Shown here: in pieces, positions 49,477 through 58,389 of the stretch | Layout: each line of letters begins with the position of its first letter | Numbering within the stretch: position 1 is the stretch's first letter | Origin: Verrucomicrobiia bacterium | GTDB taxonomy: Bacteria; Verrucomicrobiota; Verrucomicrobiia; JADLBR01; JAIBCM01 | Direction of reading: 5' to 3' | DNA length: 64,000 nt | Assembly (NCBI GenBank): GCA_019694135.1 | Contig: JAIBCM010000004.1 | Coordinates: 65,364-129,363 of the forward strand | The notes under the pieces: generated by a model | What the model was told of the DNA's origin: nothing | What the model saw: only the letters and a program-made list of their open reading frames with translations | Databases searched by the model: none | Position numbers and translations under genes: made by a program

Positions 49477-50706
49477 ATGGCTAAACTTTCTATTCAAGAT
49501 ATTTCTTGTGAAGGTCAGCGGGTAATAGTTCGCGTTGACTTCAATGTTCCACTGGAAAATAAACAGAGTCACCCCACGATCGCCGATGACACTCGAATTC
49601 GAGCCGCTTTACCTACATTAACTCATTTACTGAAGCAAAATGCTATTATTATTTTAGTGAGTCATTTAGGACGTCCAAAAGGAAAAATAGATACTCATCA
49701 AAGTCTGCGTTCCATCGGTATTCGACTCAATGAACTGCTCGATCATCCGGTGGCGTTTATTCATCATGATCTAATGAAACCGCAAGATTATGAAGAAGTT
49801 CAATCAATTCTTGCTCACGCCAAACCAGGACAAATTTTTCTTCTCGAAAATATCCGGTTTTATCCGGGTGAAGAAAAAAATGATCCTGACCTAGGCAAAC
49901 GCTTGGCCGCCTTAGGCGATATTTATATCAATGACGCCTTTGGCGCGGCACATCGCGCGCATGCGTCCACTGAAGCCATTGCGCGCTTTTCAAAAAAAGC
50001 AGTTAGTGGATTTCTCATGCAAAAAGAACTCCAATTCCTTAGCGAGGCAGTGGAAGAGCCGGCAAAACCGTTTGTGGTGATTTTAGGCGGCGCGAAAGTG
50101 TCCGATAAAATTAATGTCATTGATCGGCTCATCGAAAAAGCTGATACGATTTTAATCGGCGGGGGGATGGCTTATACCTTTCAATACGCTTTAGGCAAAG
50201 GCATTGGAGACTCCTTATGCGAACCAGATAAAAAAGAAGTGGCTTTAGCTGCCATCAAAAAGGCGAAACAAAAACAAATTTCATTTTTATTGCCTGAAGA
50301 TAATTTGATCGTTGATCAGCTCGATTTTTCTAAAAAAAGTGTGGGTCAAAGCCGTTTTACCCAACCCGGCGAAGCGATTCCTGATTCGTGGCAGGGCGTC
50401 GACATTGGTCCGAAGACCATTAAACGCTATCAACAAGAAATTGCTAAAGCCAAAACGATTTTATGGAATGGTCCGATGGGAGTTTTCGAGATCGCAGCTT
50501 GTGCTCAGGGCACATTTGCGATTGCCCAGGTGGTTGCAAAAAACAATCAAGCCACAAGCATCGTTGGAGGCGGGGACTCCATCAAAGCCATCAAGCAAGC
50601 TGGTGTAAAAGATAAAATTACCTTTATCTCAACCGGAGGAGGCGCTTCCCTTGAATTGCTGGAAGGCAAAACCTTGCCTGGGGTTGCTGCGTTGAATGAT
50701 AAATGA
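49477..50706 (+). CDS. pgk: Phosphoglycerate kinase
   Basis: VRVDFNVP N-terminal motif and the C-terminal GGGAS...TGGG nucleotide-binding motifs. The start is set at the ATG at 49477. Confidence 0.9.
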   Translation: MAKLSIQDISCEGQRVIVRVDFNVPLENKQSHPTIADDTRIRAALPTLTHLLKQNAIIILVSHLGRPKGKIDTHQSLRSIGIRLNELLDHPVAFIHHDLMKPQDYEEVQSILAHAKPGQIFLLENIRFYPGEEKNDPDLGKRLAALGDIYINDAFGAAHRAHASTEAIARFSKKAVSGFLMQKELQFLSEAVEEPAKPFVVILGGAKVSDKINVIDRLIEKADTILIGGGMAYTFQYALGKGIGDSLCEPDKKEVALAAIKKAKQKQISFLLPEDNLIVDQLDFSKKSVGQSRFTQPGEAIPDSWQGVDIGPKTIKRYQQEIAKAKTILWNGPMGVFEIAACAQGTFAIAQVVAKNNQATSIVGGGDSIKAIKQAGVKDKITFISTGGGASLELLEGKTLPGVAALNDK

Positions 50707-50709
50707 TTT

Positions 50710-51474
50710 ATGCTTCGTAAAAAAATTATTGCTGCCAACTGGAAAATGAACAAAACGCCCTCTGAAGGCGTAATTTTAACCCAAAATCTTCTCAAGCAAC
50801 TGGGCGATTTTGACCGAGCGGATTTAGTGATTTGCCCGCCCTTTACCAGTTTAGCGAGTGTGAACGATTTGATTAAAGGTCACTCTCATTTTTCGCTCGG
50901 CGCTCAGAATCTTTTTTATGAAAAACAGGGTGCTTACACGGGTGAAATTTCAGCCGATATGCTGCGAGACGCGGGATGTGGTTACGTAATTATTGGCCAC
51001 AGTGAACGGCGCGAATATTTTTTGGAGACTGACGAAATAGTAAATCGCAAAATTAAAGCTGCGTTGGCTGCGAATTTGAAATCCATTGTTTGTGTGGGAG
51101 AAAAATTATCAGTTCGCGAAGACAATGGCGCTGAAACTTTAATTCGAAACCAAATTCAAAAAGCGTTTCACGATCTTTCTGATGAAGCGATGAATCACAT
51201 CATCGTTGCTTATGAACCGGTTTGGGCCATTGGCACAGGGAGGAATGCCACGCCTGCGCAAGCTCAAGAGGTGCATAATTGGATTCGAGATCAGATCGCT
51301 AAGCAGTTTAGCACTAAAGTGGCCGATCAGATTCGCATTCAATATGGTGGTAGTGTGAAGCCGGAAAATGCTAAAGAACTGTTAAATCAACCTGACGTGG
51401 ATGGCGCTTTGGTGGGAGGGGCGAGCCTCGAAGCAGCGAGCTTTACTGCGATTGTGAAAAATAGTGTAGGATAA
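50710..51474 (+). CDS. tpiA: Triose-phosphate isomerase
   Basis: AANWKMN, IIGHSERR, AYEPVWAIGTG. Confidence 0.9.
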   Translation: MLRKKIIAANWKMNKTPSEGVILTQNLLKQLGDFDRADLVICPPFTSLASVNDLIKGHSHFSLGAQNLFYEKQGAYTGEISADMLRDAGCGYVIIGHSERREYFLETDEIVNRKIKAALAANLKSIVCVGEKLSVREDNGAETLIRNQIQKAFHDLSDEAMNHIIVAYEPVWAIGTGRNATPAQAQEVHNWIRDQIAKQFSTKVADQIRIQYGGSVKPENAKELLNQPDVDGALVGGASLEAASFTAIVKNSVG

Positions 51475-51523
51475 GCTTCTAGCTTGCCATGATTGGGTTT
51501 GCTCTTTATGCTTCGGGCGCTTT

Positions 51524-51910
51524 ATGTGGACAAATTTTATCATCATAGGATTGCAAATTATTTTAGTGCCGCTTTGTGCTTTCATGGTGCTTTTGATTTT
51601 GATGCAACGCCCGAAGCAAGAAGGATTAGGCGCGGCATTTGGTTCAGGCATGACCGAATCGGTTTTTGGTGCTGACACTTCTAACGTGCTTAGTCGCTTA
51701 ACTGTTTGGTGCGTGGTTTTATTTTTTGGTATTATATTAACCCTAAGCTCGCTTTATGCGCACCGTTCCACTCCTTCTAGTGAAGTCCAAAAAGCGTTAA
51801 CGGAACACACAATGAAACCAACTTCGGTTTCCACTAATATTTTGTCTTTGGAAACTAACGTCATGGATTTGACCACTAATCTTTCCTCCAATGCCACAAA
51901 TCAGCCGTAA
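51524..51910 (+). CDS. secG: Preprotein translocase subunit SecG
   Basis: Two TM helices flanking LGAAFGSGMTESVFGADTSN (Gly-rich SecG loop). Lies immediately downstream of tpiA. Confidence 0.7.
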   Translation: MWTNFIIIGLQIILVPLCAFMVLLILMQRPKQEGLGAAFGSGMTESVFGADTSNVLSRLTVWCVVLFFGIILTLSSLYAHRSTPSSEVQKALTEHTMKPTSVSTNILSLETNVMDLTTNLSSNATNQP

Positions 51911-53486
51911 CGTGTTGTTACGATTTTTTCTTTATTTTATTTTTCTGGGATTTTCCCTTTCTTCCTGTTCGCCCTCCAAACCTCGAGCAGATTTAGTTTT
52001 TATTAATGGCATTGAGCCGGAAAGTTTGGATCCCGCTATTATTACGGGTCAACCGGAGGGGCGCATTGTAATGGCGCTTTTCGAAGGATTAACCTCGCGC
52101 GATAGTTATGGTCGTGTGGGGCCTGGTATGGCGGAGCGTTGGGAAATTTCTTCCGATGGATTAACTTACCGTTTTTATTTGAGAAATAACGCGCGTTGGA
52201 GCAATGGCGATTTGGTAGCCGCGCAAGATTTTGCGCAGTCGTGGGAGCGCGTGTTAAATCCAGTGACAACTTCCGATTATGCGGAAATTCTTTACTATCT
52301 TGAAAATGCTGAGGCTTATCACGATGGTAAAATAAAAGATTTTAATCAGGTGGGGGTGAAAGCGCTCGATTCGCAAACCCTGGAAGTGAGATTGCACGAT
52401 CCCACGCCTTTCTTTCTCGATCTTTGTGCGTTTGTGACGACTTATCCGGTCCATTTTCCTACCCTTAGGCGCTACGGATTAGATTGGATTAAACCAGGAA
52501 AATTAGTTTCCAATGGCGCTTATCGTTTGACGGATTGGCGGATCAATGATCGCATTCGGTTGGAAAAAAATCCTTATTATTGGCGTGCTGATCAGGTGGA
52601 ATTGAACACGGTAGAAGCGTTGCCGATTAATCAAGCAACAACGGCTTTTAATTTTTATCAAACTAGTGTGGCCGATCTTGTTTTGGATAAAGGCAGTATA
52701 CCACCTTTATTATTAGGGGAACTGCGCAAACGTCCCGATTGTCATATTGCGCCGATTTTAGCTACTTATTTTTATCGCTTTAATGTTACGCGACCCCCTT
52801 TCAATAATCCTCTGGTTCGCAAAGCGATTGCATTTTCGATTGATAAAAAATTTATTGTCGAACGCGTCACGCGCGCTGGCGAACCGGTCACAGGGTCTTT
52901 CACGCCTCCAGGACTTCCGCAATATCAACCGCCCCGAGGTTTGAGTCACGATCCTGATTTGGGTCGAAAATTATTAGCCCAAGCCGGTTATCCGAATGGG
53001 AAAAATTTTCCTGCTATGACATTGCTTTATAATAAAACTGAGCAAGACGAAAATATTGCGTTGGCTTTTCAAAGTATGATGAAAAAAGAGTTGGGAATTC
53101 GAGTGGAATTGAGAAATCAAGAATGGAAAGTTTATCTCAATTCATTGAGCCAATTGGATTACGATATCGCGCGCTCCAGTTGGGTGGGAGATTATGCTGA
53201 TCCTAATACTTTTCTCGATTGCTTTGTTACAGGTCGCGGCAATAATCGCACGGGATGGAGTTTTGCTCGATACGATCAATTGATGACTCAAGCCAATCAG
53301 GAAAATAATCCCGACAAACGCGCGCAGTTGCTTTATCAAGCTGAAACTATTCTTGTGGAAGAACAGGTGCCTATCGTTCCTATTTTTCATTTCGTTGGCA
53401 TTAAATTATATGACGCGAATCGATTAGGAGGCTTGCATCTCAACTTGATTGATGAATATCCTATTCGCGAAATGTTTCGAAAATAA
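51891..53486 (+). CDS. ABC transporter substrate-binding lipoprotein, oligopeptide/dipeptide (SBP family 5, OppA-like)
   Basis: Lipobox LSSCS and family-5 SBP features (GPYKL-like region GAYRLTDW). 531 aa. Confidence 0.8.
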   Translation: MPQISRNVLLRFFLYFIFLGFSLSSCSPSKPRADLVFINGIEPESLDPAIITGQPEGRIVMALFEGLTSRDSYGRVGPGMAERWEISSDGLTYRFYLRNNARWSNGDLVAAQDFAQSWERVLNPVTTSDYAEILYYLENAEAYHDGKIKDFNQVGVKALDSQTLEVRLHDPTPFFLDLCAFVTTYPVHFPTLRRYGLDWIKPGKLVSNGAYRLTDWRINDRIRLEKNPYYWRADQVELNTVEALPINQATTAFNFYQTSVADLVLDKGSIPPLLLGELRKRPDCHIAPILATYFYRFNVTRPPFNNPLVRKAIAFSIDKKFIVERVTRAGEPVTGSFTPPGLPQYQPPRGLSHDPDLGRKLLAQAGYPNGKNFPAMTLLYNKTEQDENIALAFQSMMKKELGIRVELRNQEWKVYLNSLSQLDYDIARSSWVGDYADPNTFLDCFVTGRGNNRTGWSFARYDQLMTQANQENNPDKRAQLLYQAETILVEEQVPIVPIFHFVGIKLYDANRLGGLHLNLIDEYPIREMFRK

Positions 53487-53491
53487 ATTTT

Positions 53492-54409
53492 ATGAGACGC
53501 CGTTTGATTATTCGCGTGGTATTGGCGATTCCCACTTTGTTTGCGGTGGTTTGTCTGACTTTTTTCTTGATGCGTTTGGCTCCTGGTGGACCGTTTGATC
53601 GTGAAAAAGCGATTCCTGAAAGCATTAAACGTCAACTCATGGCGCAATATCAATTGGATGGTCCCGTGCTAACTCAACTTTATTATTACTTAAAAGACGT
53701 AGCTCGAGGCGACTTGCGATTATCCACCAAATATCGCAATCGCACAGTGAACGAAATCATTTCTCAAACGTTGCCCATTTCCGCTTGCCTAGGAGGCATT
53801 GCTTTTTTTTTGGCGTTGGGTGGAGGTTGTTTTTTTGGAATTTGGGCGGCTTATCGACATAATCGACCGTCGGATTCTATTTTGATGTTTTTAGCTTTGT
53901 TGGGAATTGCATTGCCGAGTTTTGTGATCGGGCCATTACTCATTGTTCTTTTTAGTTTTAAGTTGGGATGGTTGCCCGTAGGCGGTTGGGGGACAGTCCA
54001 ACAAGTTTTTTTGCCTGCTCTGGCTTTGAGCCTTCCATACATGGCTTATCTCGCCCGAATGGTGCGGGTGAGCATGTTGGAAACATTGAATCAAGATTAT
54101 ATTCGCACAGCTCGCGCCAAAGGTCTTGCTGAATGGCGCGTGCTTTACGTTCATGCTTTAAAAAATGCTGCGTTGCCTGTGGTTTCTTATTCTGGGCCGC
54201 TCGCGGCTAATATTTTAACCGGTTCTTTGGTTGTGGAAGAAATTTTTAAAATTCCTGGCATTGGCCCTTTTTTCGTGAACGGCGTTTTGAATCGCGACGT
54301 TTTTGTTGTCGGTGGCATTACACTGGTTTACAGCATGTTGCTAATTGCCTTCAACCTGGTAGTCGATTTGTTTTACGGTTTGCTAGATAAACGGATTCAA
54401 TCTGCGTGA
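53492..54409 (+). CDS. Oligopeptide ABC transporter permease (OppB/DppB-like)
   Basis: Six TM helices and the EAA-like loop YIRTARAKGLAEWRVLYVHALKNA. Confidence 0.85.
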   Translation: MRRRLIIRVVLAIPTLFAVVCLTFFLMRLAPGGPFDREKAIPESIKRQLMAQYQLDGPVLTQLYYYLKDVARGDLRLSTKYRNRTVNEIISQTLPISACLGGIAFFLALGGGCFFGIWAAYRHNRPSDSILMFLALLGIALPSFVIGPLLIVLFSFKLGWLPVGGWGTVQQVFLPALALSLPYMAYLARMVRVSMLETLNQDYIRTARAKGLAEWRVLYVHALKNAALPVVSYSGPLAANILTGSLVVEEIFKIPGIGPFFVNGVLNRDVFVVGGITLVYSMLLIAFNLVVDLFYGLLDKRIQSA

Positions 54410-54416
54410 TATTGAG

Positions 54417-55307
54417 ATGAAACTTTTTTCTCAAATTCTAATTCATCGACGTATCATGATAGCTTTATGCATTTTATGTATCGTTGTTTTGGCGGCTATT
54501 ATCGGTCCTTGGTTTTCGCCTTACGATTATGAAACGGGTAGCGCTACGGCATTTTCTCCTCCAAGTTGGCAGCATTGGGGGGGGACGGATTTATTGGGAC
54601 GCGATGTTTTTACACGCATGCTTTATGGCGCGCGAATTTCTTTGTTGGTAGGTTTTGTAGGCGCTCTGGTGAGTTTGCTGATTGGTGTGAGTTATGGCGC
54701 GATTTCCGGCTATATCGGGGGAAAAATTGATTTGGTGATGATGCGTTTGGTGGATGTGCTGTATAGTATTCCACGACTCATTTTTGTTATTACTTTGATT
54801 AGCATGTTGGATTGGCAAATGCGGCGCTTGTTAATGCGTTGGGAATGGCCGGAATTAGCGGCTCAGGCTCGATTAGTTTTATTATTCGTAGGATTAGGTG
54901 CTGTCGAGTGGTTAACTATGGCACGCATTGTGCGAGGGCAAGTTTTGACTTTAAAAGAAAGACAATTTGTAACAGCAAGCCGCGCTTTGGGGCAAAATCA
55001 TTTTTATCTCTTATTTCGACATATTTTGCCTAATCTCACCGGGATTATATTGGTTTATTTAACCTTAACGATTCCAGTGGTTATTTTGGAGGAATCGCTC
55101 CTTAGCTTTTTAGGTTTGGGTGTTCAAGCGCCTCTTTCGAGTTGGGGAATTATGATTTCCAGTGGAGCGCAAATTATTAATCCTATTAAAAGTTATTGGT
55201 GGCTGCTTTTTACGCCTAGTTTGGCCATGGCCATTACGTTGTTGGCCTTGAACTTTGTGGGTGATGGTTTGCGCGATTGGCTTGATCCTCGAAGTCAATC
55301 GCATTGA
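54417..55307 (+). CDS. Oligopeptide ABC transporter permease (OppC/DppC-like)
   Basis: Six TM helices and the EAA-like loop FVTASRALGQNHFYLLFRHILPN. No ATPase genes follow in the window. Confidence 0.85.
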   Translation: MKLFSQILIHRRIMIALCILCIVVLAAIIGPWFSPYDYETGSATAFSPPSWQHWGGTDLLGRDVFTRMLYGARISLLVGFVGALVSLLIGVSYGAISGYIGGKIDLVMMRLVDVLYSIPRLIFVITLISMLDWQMRRLLMRWEWPELAAQARLVLLFVGLGAVEWLTMARIVRGQVLTLKERQFVTASRALGQNHFYLLFRHILPNLTGIILVYLTLTIPVVILEESLLSFLGLGVQAPLSSWGIMISSGAQIINPIKSYWWLLFTPSLAMAITLLALNFVGDGLRDWLDPRSQSH

Positions 55308-55323
55308 TCTCTAGGTAATAAAC

Positions 55324-56358
55324 TTAAAGAGGTTCGAGTTGTTGCTTTAATGTTTCGAGGAACTTTTCTAATCCGTTGCGATAAACATTTTGCTTCCATT
55401 CAGTAAGGTAAGCGCGACTCGCATCAATTTCTTTAATAAAACTTTCAATAGCGTGACGAAATTGGCCTGAAGCATGAATTGCTTGAATGAGTTGATAGTA
55501 ACTTTCTAATTCGCCGCTCAAAATAATTTCATGCGCTTTTTCCAGGTCGGCTCCTTGAAGAGTTTGAAGATAAAAAAGAATAGGCAAAGTTAGCTTGCCT
55601 TTTACCAGGTCGGTGCCCAAAGTTTTTCCAGTTTGGTTTTCAGTTCCAACCAGATCTAGACAGTCATCGTAAATTTGATAAGCAATACCTAAATGGCGGC
55701 CAAATTGCCGAAAACTCTCTTGTTTTTCTTGGTTAACCTGATTGAGCAGAGCGCTTAGTTCGGTGCAGACTTCAAATAAGGCAGCTGTTTTCATACCGAT
55801 GATTCGAAAATAATCTTCTATGGAAAAAGTCAGGTCGAATTGACGTTGCGTTTGCAAAATTTCACCTTGGATCAAATCGCTAGCAGCTTCGGCAACTTTT
55901 TCTGCAACACGGCGATTCTCAAAACGGGTGCATAATTTGAGGGCATGGGCAAAAAGACAATCGCCCAAAAGCACTGCTGTTTCCGGGCCCCATCGGGCAT
56001 GAGCGGTGGCTTTGCCGCGTCGCATTTCAGCATGATCTAAAATGTCGTCGTGAACTAAAGAAGCGAGATGAATTAATTCCACGACGGAAGCGAGTTTTAT
56101 ATGATCGGTTTGAATTTGTCCTGAAACACCGCCAGCGAGTAAAACCAGAGCGGGTCGCAAATTTTTGCCGCGCGTTTCTAATACATAACTTAAATAACCG
56201 ACTAAAGCCGGATCAAACGCGGCCACTTGTTTGCGAATAAATCGGTCTACTTCCTTAAGAAATAAATGAATTTCTGCAAAGGAGATTTCAAATTTTGCTC
56301 GAATGAGGGGAATTTCCTTTTTGAAAAAGTTGGCGGATTGCAAAGGAGGACGTTTCAT
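55324..56358 (-). CDS. ispB: Polyprenyl diphosphate synthase (trans-isoprenyl diphosphate synthase, IspB-like)
   Basis: FARM LVHDDILDHAEMRRG and SARM IYDDCLDL. Confidence 0.8.
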   Translation of the reverse strand: MKRPPLQSANFFKKEIPLIRAKFEISFAEIHLFLKEVDRFIRKQVAAFDPALVGYLSYVLETRGKNLRPALVLLAGGVSGQIQTDHIKLASVVELIHLASLVHDDILDHAEMRRGKATAHARWGPETAVLLGDCLFAHALKLCTRFENRRVAEKVAEAASDLIQGEILQTQRQFDLTFSIEDYFRIIGMKTAALFEVCTELSALLNQVNQEKQESFRQFGRHLGIAYQIYDDCLDLVGTENQTGKTLGTDLVKGKLTLPILFYLQTLQGADLEKAHEIILSGELESYYQLIQAIHASGQFRHAIESFIKEIDASRAYLTEWKQNVYRNGLEKFLETLKQQLEPL

Positions 56359-56539
56359 GTTTATTTAAATCTGCCTGCAAGTTTCAATGCGTCAAAGAGA
56401 TTTTTGTGATTAAATTTTTTGTGTAAACCACAATCAAACGATTCTTGGGTGTTAACGAATAATCTTTAACAGTTATTCTGCAAGGCGGAGATGAATATAG
56501 GGTTACAGCAAAAAAGATAAAAAACGTGATTTTTTGTTT

Positions 56540-56575
56540 GCATTGGTGGCAAGAAATGGTGTAAAGTGGTGAAAT
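56540..56575 (+). promoter_or_regulatory. Candidate MraZ operator: three direct TGGTG(G) repeats upstream of mraZ
   Basis: TGGTGG at 56544, TGGTG at 56557 and GTGGTG at 56566, spaced 13 and 10 nt apart and 40-65 nt upstream of the likely mraZ ATG. MraZ proteins in several species are reported to bind GTG-containing direct repeats in the mra promoter. Confidence 0.35.
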
Positions 56576-56610
56576 ATGGAAAAAGAAACCATATTCTCCC
56601 TTTAAAAATT

Positions 56611-57039
56611 ATGAATGCTCCCTTTAAAGCCAGTTATGCCGATTCGTTCGAGCACGGCTTTGATGCGAAGGGACGCATTACGATTCCATCGGAATGGCGC
56701 GATGAGGGTTATGAATCGCAACTGTTTGTTTTTCCTTCCAGTGAAGGTTGTTTAAAGGTTTACCCCAGCTCTTGGCTGGCTCGACAGCAGGAAAAAATTA
56801 TTGATTTGCCGTTGGCCGATAAACGCAGAAAGAAAATCGAAGCGCTTGCTATGATTGCGCAGAAAATTGTGTGGGATGCACAGGGGCGCGTAATGATTTC
56901 GGAAAGATTGCGCCAGCATGCGGGCTTGAAAAAAAATGCCATTTTAGCTGGCGCTTTGGACCATTTTGAAATTTGGGATGAAAAACTTCGTAAAATTAGG
57001 CGTGAAACGCGTTTGAACTTGGAAGATTTAGGGTTGTAA
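56611..57039 (+). CDS. mraZ: Transcriptional regulator MraZ
   Basis: Two repeated MraZ half-domains with DxxGR motifs (FDAKGRITIP and WDAQGRVMIS). The start is set at the internal ATG (MNAPFK). Confidence 0.8.
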   Translation: MNAPFKASYADSFEHGFDAKGRITIPSEWRDEGYESQLFVFPSSEGCLKVYPSSWLARQQEKIIDLPLADKRRKKIEALAMIAQKIVWDAQGRVMISERLRQHAGLKKNAILAGALDHFEIWDEKLRKIRRETRLNLEDLGL

Positions 57040-57083
57040 ACGATAAGAAAAAGAATTGGAAAAAATGAATGGGGGAAAATTAA

Positions 57084-58037
57084 TTGAAAGAGGCTTCTTA
57101 TCACGAGCCGGTTTTGGTTCGCGAGGTTGTAGCAGTCTTACAACCGACGCAGGGCAAATATTATCTCGATGCCACATTGGGCGGAGGTGGACACAGCGAG
57201 GCTCTGTTAAATACGGGGGCTCGGGTTTTGGGATGGGATCGCGATCCAGAGTCTATTCAGTTTGCGGCCAAGCGATTGGAGCGATTTGGAGATCGATTTT
57301 TGGCCGAAAAGAAAAATTTTTCTCAAATCAACGAGTTGCCGGCAAATGGGCTAGATGGTGTGTTGCTGGATTTGGGCGTTTCCTCGCATCAATTCGACAC
57401 TCCGGAACGAGGTTTCAGTTTTCGATTCGATGCGCCTTTGGATATGCGCATGGATCCGTCGCAAGGGCAGCCGCTTTTTCAACTTTTACAAACGGTAATG
57501 GAGGAAGATATGGCTTTTTGGTTGCGTGAATATGGTGAGGAGCCTAAGGCTCGAGCGATCGCGCGCGAGATTGTGAAAGCGCGTTCCATGTCACGTCCAG
57601 TAAAAACGACACAAGATTTAGTGGCTGTGATTGAGAGGGTTTATCCCGGTGGAGGCCCGCGTTCACATCATCCAGCCACACGTTCTTTTCAAGCGTTTCG
57701 CATAGCGGTTAATGACGAGATGGGGGCACTCAAAAAAGCGCTGGAATTGGCAGAAAAAATTTTAAAACCGCAAGGGCGTTTGGCTGTGATTACTTTTCAT
57801 TCTCTTGAGGATCGCTTGGTAAAACAGGTGATGAAAGAGAAAAGTCGCGCTTTTGAGGAAACGCCTCGTTGGCCTAACAGCGTGCCTAACCCTAAACAAG
57901 TTTTTCAACTCGTCACCAAAAAGCCGATTGTCGCGAGTGCCGAAGAAATTGCAAATAATCCTCGTGCGCGAAGCGCCAAACTGCGAGTGGTGGAAAAATT
58001 AACTTTCGAAAAAGAATCAGGAGTCAGTTATGAATAA
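57084..58037 (+). CDS. rsmH: 16S rRNA (cytosine1402-N4)-methyltransferase RsmH (MraW)
   Basis: YHEPVLVREVV, DATLGGGGHSEALL, LDLGVSSHQFD. TTG start. Confidence 0.9.
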   Translation: MKEASYHEPVLVREVVAVLQPTQGKYYLDATLGGGGHSEALLNTGARVLGWDRDPESIQFAAKRLERFGDRFLAEKKNFSQINELPANGLDGVLLDLGVSSHQFDTPERGFSFRFDAPLDMRMDPSQGQPLFQLLQTVMEEDMAFWLREYGEEPKARAIAREIVKARSMSRPVKTTQDLVAVIERVYPGGGPRSHHPATRSFQAFRIAVNDEMGALKKALELAEKILKPQGRLAVITFHSLEDRLVKQVMKEKSRAFEETPRWPNSVPNPKQVFQLVTKKPIVASAEEIANNPRARSAKLRVVEKLTFEKESGVSYE

Positions 58038-58389
58038 TCGATTACGTGAAGCACAAGCCTTTCAAGTTTTTACCGCGATTAAATTGGGGATCGTTATCCT
58101 TTTTGTCACGTTATTAGGTTTAGGTTTTATTGTTCAACACAATACGCATCGGCATTTGAGTGAGGAACTTAGTTTGCGCGAAAAAACGTTGCGTGAATTA
58201 AAGAAAAAAAATCAGATTCAAGAGGCATATGTTGCGCGTTTAAAGAATCCCGAAAATTTACGAAATCGGGTTCAGGAATTGGGATTAAATTTGGTTGAAA
58301 TCAAACAAGAACAAATTGTGCGGGTTTATCAAGGGTTGTCATTGCCCCTGCCGGAATCTCGCCTTGCCAAAGTGGCTCAAGCGCGATGA
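58030..58389 (+). CDS. ftsL: Cell division protein FtsL-like (small bitopic coiled-coil protein)
   Basis: 119 aa with one TM helix followed by a coiled coil. Sits between rsmH and ftsI with overlapping starts and stops. Confidence 0.5.
   Translation: MNNRLREAQAFQVFTAIKLGIVILFVTLLGLGFIVQHNTHRHLSEELSLREKTLRELKKKNQIQEAYVARLKNPENLRNRVQELGLNLVEIKQEQIVRVYQGLSLPLPESRLAKVAQAR

Noticed and set aside
57056-57090. Apparent 1-nt discrepancy between my hand indexing and the ORF track around the rsmH start
   Set aside because: By my count the in-frame TTG begins at 57083 rather than 57084. I take this as my own counting error, or a display issue, not a frameshift. The rsmH reading frame is uninterrupted and homologous throughout.
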